Assembly (NCBI GenBank): GCA_963700285.1 | Contig: CAVOXA010000001.1 | Location: forward strand, 608,001-672,000 | Length of the DNA stretch: 64,000 nt | Reading direction: 5' to 3' | From: an uncultured Chloroflexia bacterium | GTDB lineage: Bacteria > Chloroflexota > Anaerolineae > JAAYZQ01 | In this document: piece after piece, positions 9,433 through 19,248 of the stretch | How positions within the stretch are numbered: position 1 is the stretch's first letter | Layout: each line of letters starts with the position of its first letter | Notes under the pieces: model-generated | The model's input: only the letters and a program-made list of their open reading frames with translations | The model's database searches: none | What the model was told of the DNA's origin: nothing | Translations under genes and position numbers: made by a program

Positions 9433-11097
9433 CTACAAGGGTCTTTCCTCCGTGTCCTCCGTGTCTCCGCGGTAAACCCTCTCCAACGCATCCTCCACCG
9501 TCAGCAGCGCCGGATCGCGGAAGAGCTTGTTGATCTGCGACGCAAACACCAGCGATTCGCTCATCACCTGCCGCGCCGGCCCGTCCACCACCACCTGCCC
9601 GTCGCCCAGCAGGACCACCCGGTCGGCGCACTCGGCCACCAGCTCCACGTCGTGGGTAGCCATGATGATCGTCCGCCCCAGCGCCTTTTCCCGCCGCAGC
9701 ACCGCCGCCAGCGCCGCCTTCTGCCTGTAGTCCAGCCCCCGCGTCGGTTCGTCCAGCAGCAGGATCTGCGGCTCGGCCACCAGGATCGAGGCCAGCGCCA
9801 CCCGCTGCCGCTCGCCCACGCTCAGGTCCCGCGGATAGTGCGACGGCTAACGGAGCTAGGCCCAGGTCCTCCAGCAGGCCATCGTACTCGCCCGGCGGCA
9901 GCCCGTGACCCCGCCGCGTAAAGTCCAGCTCCTCGCGCACCGTGTCGTTGAACAGCAGCGCGTTCGGATTCTGCGGCACATAGCCCACCACCCGGATGAT
10001 CTCCTCAACGGCCGCCTGCCGCGTGTCCATGGCCTGCCGCGAACCGCTGATCCCTGATCTCCACCTGGCCCTGATCCGGTTTGAGCAGGCCCACCAACTG
10101 CTTCAGCAGCGTCGTCTTGCCCGAGCCGTTGCGCCCCATCAGCGCCACAAACTCACCCTGCCGCACGTCCAGCGAAAGCGCATCCAGCGCCGGATGGCCG
10201 TTGTAGGAAAAGCCCAAGCCATGAACCGACACAGACACAGGGAACGGGCCATCCGCCATCGCCGCTCCGGCCTTGGCGCCCTGTTTATCGACCCTTGGCG
10301 CCTGCCTGGCAAACCGGCGGCCCTCCTTGATGGTCAGCGGCAGGGGCGACCAGTCCAGCGCCTTGGCCAGCGTGATCAGCGGCGGCGTCAGATCCACCTG
10401 TCCCAGCACCGCGCGCGGCTCATCCAGCAGGAGCGGCTCGCCCGCCGCCGGGCAGGTAGAGGATCCGGTCCACGTACTGCACCACCCGCTCCAGGCGATG
10501 CTCCGACAGGATGACGGTCAGCCCCAGGTCCTGGTTCAGCTTGACCAGCGTGTCCAGCACCTCCTCGGCCGCCTGCGGATCGAGCTGCGAGGTCGGCTCG
10601 TCCAGCACCAGCACCTGGGGCTGCAGCGTCATCACCGCCGCGATGGCCACCCGCTGGCGCTCGCCGCCCGACAGGGTGTTGACCGACCGCCGCCGCAGGT
10701 GGGCGATGTTGAGCTGGTCCAGCACCTCCTCCACCCGCTTGCGCATGACCATCGGATCCAGGCCCTGGTTCTCCAGGGCAAAGGCCAGTTCGTCCTCGAC
10801 CTTGTCCACCACGAACTGGGCCTCAGGGTCCTGCAGGACAAAACCCACCAGGTCGGCCATGCCCCGCGGCCCCAGGGCCACCGGATCGCGACCGTCCACC
10901 CGCACCTGCCCGGCGACCGTCCCCCCGTAGAAATGGGGCACCAGCCCGTTGAGGCAGCGCAGCAGCGTGGACTTGCCCGCCCCCGAAGGCCCCATCACCA
11001 GCAGGAACTCACCCTCCTCGATCTCGAGGGTCAGGTCCCGCAGGATGGGTGACTCGGCATTTGGATAGTGATAGGTCAACTGCTCGAATTGGATCAT
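9433..11097 (-). CDS. ECF transporter fused double ATPase (EcfAA'), several frameshifts
   Basis: Two Walker A motifs ([18 protein letters not shown]), LSGGERQR, two LDEPT Walker B motifs, and QDPEAQ/QNPNAL Q-loops across four ORF pieces. Confidence 0.9.
9448..9479. repeat. Second (half) copy of the 7822-7853 repeat
   Basis: CTCCGTGTCCTCCGTGTCTCCGCGGTAAACCC, one mismatch to the first copy; overlaps the 3' end of the ECF ATPase. Confidence 0.75.
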
Positions 11098-12183
11098 GGG
11101 TTTTGCTCCATTTTGCCCACCGGCTCCTCCACAAGCTGGGCTCCCTGTTTTGCAGGCTGTGGCGCCAGGATAGCGGGCAGGACGAGCAGCAATAGCGCCG
11201 CCCCCACCAACGGATTAAAGGGGGGCAGCAGTGAATTGGGTGGATAAGGCACGTAGATCAGCGTCTCTGGGACCATCGACCTGGCGGCCAGGACCACGGC
11301 CAGCACAACGGCGCTGGCCACGACCACCGCCGTGTCGCGGCCATACCACCTGGGACGGCGGTAGCGCGTCCGGTGCACCCGCTTCCCCTGCAGCCCAAAG
11401 ACAGCCGCCAGCCCGGCAACTCCCAGTCCGGCCAGCAACCAGCCCCACAGCCGCTGCTCCGAGTAATAGGTGACGACGAACAGCCCGGCCAGCACAGCCA
11501 GCAGCGCCGCCAGCGTGCCCACCTGCGCGTAAACAGCCTGCCGGCGGGACATCGGCTTCACCGCGCTGCCAAAGCCCCGGGCCTCCATCGTCTCGGCCAG
11601 TTGGATGGCCCGTTCCAGGCCATTGGCCAGCAGCGGCATGACCAGGGGCAGCAGGTCGCGGATGCCCCGGAAGCGATGGCCCCGGATGCGCTGCGCCTGG
11701 CGGATCTCGCGGGCGCTGAGGACCATCTGCGGCACAAAGGTGATGGCAATCGAGATGATGACGCCCGCCTGAAACAGGAAGGCCGGGCGTGGCGCGCAGT
11801 AGCTGGTAGTGGTCCACCACCGAATTGAAGGCGGCAAAAACGACCAGAATGGTAAACAGGGCCAGGCCGCTGACTGCCCCGGCGATGATCGCCTCCAGCG
11901 TGATCGGCCCGCCGATGATGGGCCAGCTCGCCGGCAGCCGGAACAGGATGATCTGCCCGATGTGGATCGACAGGGCGTTGAAGGGGATGGCCAGGGCAAA
12001 GAAAAAGAACCCGATCTTCGACAAAGCCGCCCCAACTGCTGCCCATGGGTGACGTCGGCCCAGGGTGGCATAGACGATCCAGGCTGCGCCCAGCACCAGC
12101 ACCGAGTACAGTGGGTTGCGCAGGGTAAAGGCTGGCACCGCTGCGGCGACAAGCCAGGCTACCCAGGCCCAGGTGTGAAACAT
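11094..12183 (-). CDS. ECF transporter transmembrane component T, frameshift ~11790
   Basis: Multi-TM protein with AQRIRG and AETMEARGF conserved Arg motifs. Confidence 0.9.
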
Positions 12184-12274
12184 GGCGGAGCTCAAGTCTC
12201 CAGGGACAGGCCATGATGCTTGATGTAAAATGGGCAGATCCCCAATATCCGGTAACCAGTCTGTACTCCCTTTC

Positions 12275-13132
12275 TCACCTGCGCCGGAGCCACACGATGG
12301 CGCCGGCGGCGGCCAGACCAAGGATCATGAGACCAAAGGGCCAGTAGCCTGCCAGACCCTGGCCGCTGGTCGGGGTTGGTGCTGGGGTAGCGGTGGGCGG
12401 CGGGGCCGTAGCTTGGCTAGTTGGCGATGGGCTAGCCGCTGCCACTGCGTTGCCCTTGAGCAGCGTTGGAGTGGGCGGTGCAGTGGCTGTGTTCACGTCT
12501 GTTGCCAACATCATCGCAGCGCCCGCAGCGGTTGGGGTGACGGTAGGCGCAGGCAGTGCAGTCGGAAGTGGCTCGGGCGTCACGCTGGGTACCGGAGTTG
12601 GCGGCACGCAGATGGCCTCAAAGCCCAACTCGGTGGCGGGCGGCGTATGCCCATCGCCCCACACCCAGGCATCGACTGAGCCTGCTTTTACCTTGTGCAT
12701 GGCAGCGCCCAAAGCCGAGTAGGTCCAATCGCCCTCGCCCGGCTCCCTGTAAAAATAGTTCCAGTAGGTGCACTCGCCGCCGCCCATGCACTGGCAGAAG
12801 CAGGGCTCGGCCGGATGGTTGCAACCCACCTCCTCGATCTGGCAGACAATGAGCCCCATGCCGCTGGCTGGATCGATGATCATAGTCCAGCCCCGAACGG
12901 GCCAGCAGCTCCGCGCCGCTTATCGCATTCGCCTCAAGATCCACACACCGGGTTCCACGCGCCCGTCATCCAACTGCACGACGATGCCTGCACGGCCAGG
13001 CTCATCGGCCAAGGCCCCGGTCGCAGGCACAGCGCTGAGAAGACACAGGACCAGTAGCCCACATAGACCTCGAAGGCCGCGACCCAGGGCTCTGTTGGAA
13101 GCCTCCGATGTCTTTGTCCGGCTAGACCTCAT
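12275..13132 (-). CDS. Surface-anchored protein with a Cys-rich DUF4430/SCO2322-like domain, Pro/Thr linker and C-terminal TM+RRR; frameshifted
   Basis: Signal peptide, CQIEEVGC..CFCQC..YWNYF..W.YS.LGA..W.WG motif, PT-rich stalk, TM-RRR tail. Confidence 0.7.
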
Positions 13133-13174
13133 GCCCGCATGATACCTCGACGATTCTTGGGTATGGTGACAGGG

Positions 13175-14277
13175 CTACCGTCTGCGGCTCAGGACGTAGC
13201 CACCCCCGGCCACGATCGCGCCGCCCACGAGAAGAACCAGAGCCAGGTTGATCCCTGCACCGCCAGTCTCGAGGCACGGTGCTGGGAGTTGCCCCGGCTG
13301 CTTCACCCACGTCCATCGTGGCGAAGGGGAATGCCTTGCCGGCCACCGCTGGCAGCGCCTGCACGGTGGCCAGCAGGTTGTCGTCGGGCACGGCCGCCTG
13401 CCAGGCAAAGGCGCCGCTCTCGTTCTGGAGGGCTTCCAGGGCGGCCAGCGGGTGCACTGCCCTCGGCCGTGGTCCAGTCGGCTCCGGCCGGGTCCTGGCC
13501 CGCAGCGATGATGGCCTGGATGGTGACCGCCGTCGAGTTGGCGTCGGTGTCGGTGCCATAGTCGGACGGGTTCTGGTAGGGCCAGCCACCATCTTCGTTC
13601 TGGATGCTCTTGATAGTAGGCCAGGGCACTGCGTCACCGCCTCGCCGTCGGCGCCTGCGCCGGCGGCGACGAGGGCCTGCACGGCAAAGGCGGTGGTGTT
13701 GGTGTCGCCAGCGCGTCTCGGCTGTGCCATCCCAGGCCCAGGCGCCATTCTCCTGCTGGGCGGCCTTGATATAGTCCACGGCCGCTGCCGGGATGGGCCG
13801 CTGCGGCGCTGGCCAGGGCCAGGACGGCCAGGCGTGTGGCCGACAAAGGTGTCCACTTCGCCACCGATCCTGCCGTCGGCGCCGACCATGCCCTCCAGCT
13901 TGGCCACCGAGTCGACTCCGCCGAAGGTGCGGGGATTCTCGCCGGCAGCGATGGCGGCCAGGATCAGCTTGGCCAGGTCGCCGCCGGTGGCTCGCCGACG
14001 AGGCGTTGGCCGCCAGGTAGGTCAGCGGCGTGTTGCCGCCCTGGTCAAAGGCGGCCGGATCGCCGCCGGCAGCGACGATGGCCAGCACGGCGTCGGCGGT
14101 GGAGCCGACGGCGCTGTCCGGGCTAAAGCCGCTGCCAAAGCCGCCATCGGCGTTCTGTTGGGTCTTGAGATAGTCCAGGGCGGCATCGGTGTCACCGGCC
14201 GCCAGAGACAGGCGGGTAGCGCGGTGGCCAGCAGAGCCACCAGCACGATGGTCAGTGATGACGGTTCGATTTCCCAT
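13175..14277 (-). CDS. Prenyltransferase/squalene-oxidase (alpha/alpha barrel) repeat surface protein with a sortase-like tail; multiple frameshifts
   Basis: Repeats YLKTQQNADGGFG, QQENGAW, IQNEDGGW, LQNESGAF; frame-joined VP-ETGG followed by TM and RRR. Confidence 0.8.
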
Positions 14278-14341
14278 TCTTTGCTCCTTGTTCATGAACA
14301 ATAAACGCCCCGACCTTTCGGTCAGGGCTATGGCCTTCCAT

Positions 14342-14372
14342 ACAAAACCCCTTGCCTTTCGACAAGGGGTGG
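14342..14372 (-). terminator. Intrinsic terminator (riboswitch expression platform)
   Basis: ACCCCTTGTC-GAAA-GGCAAGGGGT followed by TTTGT on the minus strand. Confidence 0.65.
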
Positions 14373-14427
14373 TTCATGGCTTGTAGGCCATGCGCCTACC
14401 CCCTTTCCGCGAAGGTTCGCAGTGCGC

Positions 14428-14582
14428 GACCGTGGCGGGTGTCCTGGCTTGAGCAGGGCGCATTGGCCAATGGGCTGCTCTTACAGTTGCGGGACAGCGC
14501 CGGACTCTGCGTGCAGTGCACGCACCACCGGCTTTCCCCCTTGGGCCCCGTGCATCCGGGCAACGGGGCACCACGATCAGCA
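14428..14582 (-). promoter_or_regulatory. Cobalamin riboswitch
   Basis: Minus strand GGTGCC...AAGGGGGAAAGCCGGTG...AGTCCGGCGCTGTCCCGCAACTGTAA...AAGCCAGGACACCCGCC (B12 box); upstream TTGACA-18-TATACT at 14603-14632. Confidence 0.93.
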
Positions 14583-14635
14583 ATATTCAGTTGTCAGACC
14601 GCAGTATAGCACACCTGATGGGCGAATGTCAAACC

Positions 14636-15256
14636 TCACGCCAGGCCGCGCACCTCGTGCTCCAGCCGCTCGAAAAATAGGCGACCATGAAGGCGTGGCG
14701 CTCCTCGGCCAGCTGCCGGGCGCTGGCTGTGAGCAGCCGATCCTTGATCCTGACCAGCTTGAGATGATATTCGTGGACCGGCGTGTGCTCGTGGCGCGTG
14801 CCCTGGTTCTCCTGGTAGCCGGGCGGCACCTCGGCCCACAGGCGCTGGCCCTCGTGCCCGCCAAAGGCAAAGGCCCGAGCCACGCCGATGGCGCCGATGG
14901 CGTCCAGCTTGTCGGCGTCGTGGAGGACCTTGGCCTCCAGCGTCTGGGGCACGGGACCGCCGCGGAAGCGGTGGGCGGCGATGGCGTGGGCCACGGCCTC
15001 GACCTTTTCCGGCGGCTGGCCGGCCAGCAGTCTGGCGGGCGATCTCGGCGCCGGCCTGGGCATGGTCCGTCGCCATGCGGTCACCGTGGCCCCGGGCCAC
15101 GTCGTGGAGCAGGGCTGCCGTGCGCACGATCTCCAGGTCGGCGCCCTCGGCCTGGGCCAGGCGCTCGGCCAGGGCCAGCACGCGCAGGACGTGGTCAAAA
15201 TCGTGGATGGCATCGGCGCCCTCGTAGTACTGGCGAGCTTTTTCAAGGTCGATCAT
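14636..15256 (-). CDS. HD-domain phosphohydrolase, frameshifted
   Basis: HDFDHVLRV, ALLHDV, HRFR and DADKLDAIGAIG motifs split over two frames. Confidence 0.9.
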   Translation of the reverse strand: MIDLEKARQYYEGADAIHDFDHVLRVLALAERLAQAEGADLEIVRTAALLHDVARGHGDRMATDHAQAGAEIARQTAGRPAAGKGRGRGPRHRRPPLPRRSRAPDAGGQGPPRRRQAGRHRRHRRGSGLCLWRARGPAPVGRGAARLPGEPGHAPRAHAGPRISSQAGQDQGSAAHSQRPAAGRGAPRLHGRLFFERLEHEVRGLA

Positions 15257-15513
15257 GTTCGTCTCCTGGTGGTGGTCAGCAGCAAGGCGCATTATACCAC
15301 AATGCGCCTTGTAGCCTATCTCTTTGGGTAGTGATACCATATCTGGCCTATCCTTCGCTGCCATCGTTTCCGCTGGAACCGCTGCTTCCGACGGGAATCC
15401 TAACGGCGAGGGCACACGCCGGGACAGTGATACAGTGAGACAGTTCATGTGAGTTTGCCATACTTTGCGTGCCAGCGCTGGATCTCCTCCCCAAGATGTG
15501 GTATAATTGGGAC

Positions 15514-16392
15514 ATGTCATCACTCGACGAAAGGGATGTTCCCGTGGGTAGACGATCTGCTCTCCGTTGGTTGCTCGTGGCAGTGGTCTTGGTACTGCTG
15601 CTGGTCGCATCCTACCTGCTTTCTCTCTACCTGGTCCCAACTCCGCAGATCGCCATCATCCGTATCGAAGGCGATATCTGGGGGGACTATACAACCTACC
15701 TCAGCCAAGCACTGGAGCAGGCGGGCAACGATCCGGCGGTCCATGCTGTGGTTCTGGATATTGCCAGCCCTGGGGGGGAGGTCACGGCCAGCGAGGGATT
15801 GTACTTTGACGTCCTGAGGCTGCGGGAGCGGATGCCGGTCATAGTTTCCATCAACGAACTTGCCGCCAGCGGCGCCTATTATGTAGCCGCTGCCGCGGAT
15901 CAGATCTACGCCAAACCTGCCTCAGAGGTGGGCAACATCGGAGTGATCTCTTTGCTGCCCGAGTCGGATCTGGTGGATGAGAAATTGCTCACCACCGGTC
16001 CCTTCAAGCTTTCTGGCGGGCCTCAGGTCACCTATGTCCGCCAGATGGACATGCTCAAGGATACCTTTCTCGCCGCCATCCTTGCCCAGCGTTCGGAACG
16101 GCTCACGGTTGGGCCCGAGATCCTGTCCCGGGGGGAGCTGTATCTTGGCCTCCAGGCGCGGCAGATGGGTCTCATCGACGAACTCGGCTCACAGGCGGAT
16201 GCCATCGACGCGGCGGCCCGAATGGCACGAGTCCGCCACTACGATGTCGTGGATCGCACCCCCGAGCTTCCCGAGGATTTCGGCATGTTTAATTTCAGAC
16301 TGCAGCGTGGCTCGACTGCCAGGACTCTGTCCGCGGTTCCCAAGGGTCTTCCGCCTGGATTCTACTTCCGCTATGTGTCCCTTCCCCAGTAG
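15514..16392 (+). CDS. sppA: S49 family (SppA-like) serine peptidase
   Basis: SPGG, AASGAYYVA and VGNIGV motifs; N-terminal TM; TATAAT 6 nt before the ATG (probably leaderless). Confidence 0.88.
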   Translation: MSSLDERDVPVGRRSALRWLLVAVVLVLLLVASYLLSLYLVPTPQIAIIRIEGDIWGDYTTYLSQALEQAGNDPAVHAVVLDIASPGGEVTASEGLYFDVLRLRERMPVIVSINELAASGAYYVAAAADQIYAKPASEVGNIGVISLLPESDLVDEKLLTTGPFKLSGGPQVTYVRQMDMLKDTFLAAILAQRSERLTVGPEILSRGELYLGLQARQMGLIDELGSQADAIDAAARMARVRHYDVVDRTPELPEDFGMFNFRLQRGSTARTLSAVPKGLPPGFYFRYVSLPQ

Positions 16393-16418
16393 CTGGCCAT
16401 GCCAATGAGGATCGAAAC

Positions 16419-18746
16419 GTGCTGAAAAAATCCCTGCTTGTTTTAGTGGGTCTTGTCGTGCTGGTTCTGCCTCTGGCCCTCCGCTGGCTCTACTTCCATG
16501 AAGGACAGTACCAGGCGGGTCCGGTTCCCCGCCCCGACCATAGCCAGATCAACGCCGCGACGCCAGATTTGGTGTCCTTCACAGACACGCTGACCGCATC
16601 GGAGCCGGGAACGATCCTGGTGGATCTGGCCCACAACAATCGCGTGGAGATGGCAGAGCTAAACGTTCTGCAAGCCCGTCTGGTGGCTCGTGGCCAGAAG
16701 TTGGACCCAGTCATAGCGTTCGAGAATTCCTCTGATCTGGCTGAGAAGCTGCGCTATGCCAAGGCACTGGCGGTAATCTCACCTGGCAGGAGCTGGACCT
16801 CTACTGAGATCCAGCAGGTGCAGGACTTTGTGGCCAAGGGAGGGCGGCTGCTACTGGTAGCCGATCCAACACGCTTTGACGTCATCCTCGATAAGGAGGG
16901 AGGGCTGGTCGGTCTTGATAGCGACGTGATCCACATCAATGACCTGGCGGCCCGGTTCGGACTGGTCTTCCAGTCGGATTATTTGTACAATACCGTCGAA
17001 AACGAGGGCAACTTTCGCAACATCCGGCTGACAGAGTTCAAGGGCCACGAACTGACCCAGGGCCTCGACCAAGTCGTTTTCTATGCGGTCCATTCCATCG
17101 AGTCTGAGGAGCCGGCCCTGATCAGTGCCAGTGGCGATACTCGTTCCAGCAACACCGAAAGGACCGGGGAATTAGCTGTGGCCACCCTGGCAGCCGGCGA
17201 GAAGGTGCTGGCCGTAGGTGACCTGACCTTTATGACGGAGCCACACAACGACGCCTACGACAATGACCAATTCATCGCCAATGTCGCTGACTTTCTCAGT
17301 GGCGCTCAGCGGGAATACGATCTGGCTGATTTCCCCTTCTTCTTTGGCGACCAGGTCCACCTGGTCATTGCCGGTGACCCCTTGTTGGACGGCGAGTTAC
17401 TTGCCAGCGGCAGCGCGCTGCAGTCCCTTCTTGAGGCCGCCGGCAAGGAACTGATCATCCGCGAGTCGGAGGATGAGGAAGTCGATACCCTCTTCTTGGG
17501 ACTGTATGAAACCGCGGATGAGGTGGAACCATATCTGACCAAGGCCCAGGTAACACTGCTCATTACTGCCACCGATGCCTTGGAGTTGGAGGATGTGCCT
17601 GGAGCAAGCCCTCCTACGCTGACCCCGGCGAACCCCCTGACCAGGACACAGGAAGTGACCCGTACGTTGGAGATCACGTTGACGCCTCCGGCTGTAGTGC
17701 CGCCCGTGACCGGGATCACGGCGACCAAGCAACTCACACCCACAACTGGCGGCAGGCTCAAAGTTGGGTCCATGGGAGAGCTGGCATCAAGTGGGACTAC
17801 CCTGTTCCTGGTTCAGGACGAGGGGCAACGCCACGTGATGACTATCCTGGCCGAAACAGATACGGGTCTGAACAACGCTGTCACGCGTCTGGCCGAGGGT
17901 GACCTCTACGGTTGCCTGCTTCAAAGGGTAGAGCAGTCCCAGCCAGCATGGCTAGCCCTGTGTCCGGAGGACGAGGGTGACCCCGGGAGAAGGGAGGCTG
18001 GCGAACGGGAACAGAGACCAGAAGCCCGCGTACCATCACCTGCGCCACCGGAGATTGAGCCGGTCCAACCCGTGACCGATACGCTGGTTCCGGAAGAACC
18101 GAGCGGCGAACCCGAGGGTGGATCAGAAGGGAGCATACTCATCGTGTCCCTGGACGATGGCCAGGGCCGCTATGAGGGTAGGACGGGCGCTGAGGACTAT
18201 GCTGCCATCCTGCAGAACCACTACGACGTCACCATCTGGAGCAAGTCCGAGGATCCCCCCCTGGACACCTCCAAGCTCCCCGGCTTTGATCTGATCATCT
18301 GGACGGGGGGGGACTTTGAGGACGCGCTTGGCGATGTCGATAGCGAGTTGCTCTTTCTCGTGGTGCTCAACGGAACGCCGGTGCTTGTATCGGGCGCCTA
18401 CGTTGGAGAGGGCACCGCGCAGTCGATCCAGCGTGATATCCAGGTCAAGGTTGCCGATCACCCTCTCGCCCAGGGATTCCAGCCCGGAGAAGTAATCAGC
18501 TTTGTGTCTCTGCCTTCCGGCGTGGAATACGAGATTGACCTGCAGGACAGCGCGGGCAGGGAAGGCGAGGTGGTCTTTGTCCGTGGCCCGGATAGCGAGG
18601 ATACCGGTTCATCATCGATATGGGTGGTGAAGGATGGGGCCACGGATGTGCAGATTGTGTTCATTGGCTTTCCAATCTACCTGCTGCCCGAAGAGATCAG
18701 AAGCCAGTTGGTTCTGAATGCGGTGACCTGGATGTTGAGTCCCTGA
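16419..18746 (+). CDS. Large membrane-anchored exported protein with GATase-like (GldG/DUF4350-type) domains
   Basis: N-terminal TM; ILVDLAHNN, FVAKGGRLLL and YDNDQFIANVADFL motifs; second similar domain at the C-terminus. Confidence 0.7.
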   Translation: MLKKSLLVLVGLVVLVLPLALRWLYFHEGQYQAGPVPRPDHSQINAATPDLVSFTDTLTASEPGTILVDLAHNNRVEMAELNVLQARLVARGQKLDPVIAFENSSDLAEKLRYAKALAVISPGRSWTSTEIQQVQDFVAKGGRLLLVADPTRFDVILDKEGGLVGLDSDVIHINDLAARFGLVFQSDYLYNTVENEGNFRNIRLTEFKGHELTQGLDQVVFYAVHSIESEEPALISASGDTRSSNTERTGELAVATLAAGEKVLAVGDLTFMTEPHNDAYDNDQFIANVADFLSGAQREYDLADFPFFFGDQVHLVIAGDPLLDGELLASGSALQSLLEAAGKELIIRESEDEEVDTLFLGLYETADEVEPYLTKAQVTLLITATDALELEDVPGASPPTLTPANPLTRTQEVTRTLEITLTPPAVVPPVTGITATKQLTPTTGGRLKVGSMGELASSGTTLFLVQDEGQRHVMTILAETDTGLNNAVTRLAEGDLYGCLLQRVEQSQPAWLALCPEDEGDPGRREAGEREQRPEARVPSPAPPEIEPVQPVTDTLVPEEPSGEPEGGSEGSILIVSLDDGQGRYEGRTGAEDYAAILQNHYDVTIWSKSEDPPLDTSKLPGFDLIIWTGGDFEDALGDVDSELLFLVVLNGTPVLVSGAYVGEGTAQSIQRDIQVKVADHPLAQGFQPGEVISFVSLPSGVEYEIDLQDSAGREGEVVFVRGPDSEDTGSSSIWVVKDGATDVQIVFIGFPIYLLPEEIRSQLVLNAVTWMLSP

Positions 18747-18922
18747 CCTTGGCATTGACGTAAGCTCGGTTAAAATCCGTGGACACACAAATCTTAAGAT
18801 TCGAGGGCAGAGCAGGCAAATTGGACACTAAATGTTGGGTTTCTGTTGCTATCGCCCCCTAGATGTGGACAGGCCCTCCGTTTGCACGAGCAGCTATCTG
18901 CCTTGAAATGCCGGAAACGGGC

Positions 18923-18951
18923 TTGCGCGGAATTCACTTCTCTGATACAAT
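18923..18951 (+). promoter_or_regulatory. Candidate dnaA promoter
   Basis: TTGCGC-17-TACAAT with TGn extension. Confidence 0.5.
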
Positions 18952-19248
18952 AGCTCTCGACCGTAGAACAGGTAGTAGGGGAACTAGCCTCGCTGGTAGG
19001 TTCCAGCGGGTTGCCTCCGGGGCGTTTTCGGTACAAGACCCTGCGCAGGTCACACCTGCCGGATGCTGAGAACGCTGCCCCAATTACAGCCTCTGCCTCT
19101 TTGAAGCGAAGCGATACCCAATACTCGGCAAGTCCGAGACTGTGAGCTGTCAGAAACTGTTGGTACAGGTCTCTGGTGCCGCGCGGTTCTTGGTGCGATG
19201 CCGTCCGCCTGCGCATGCAACGGAGCTAAACAACGGAACGAGGGATCT

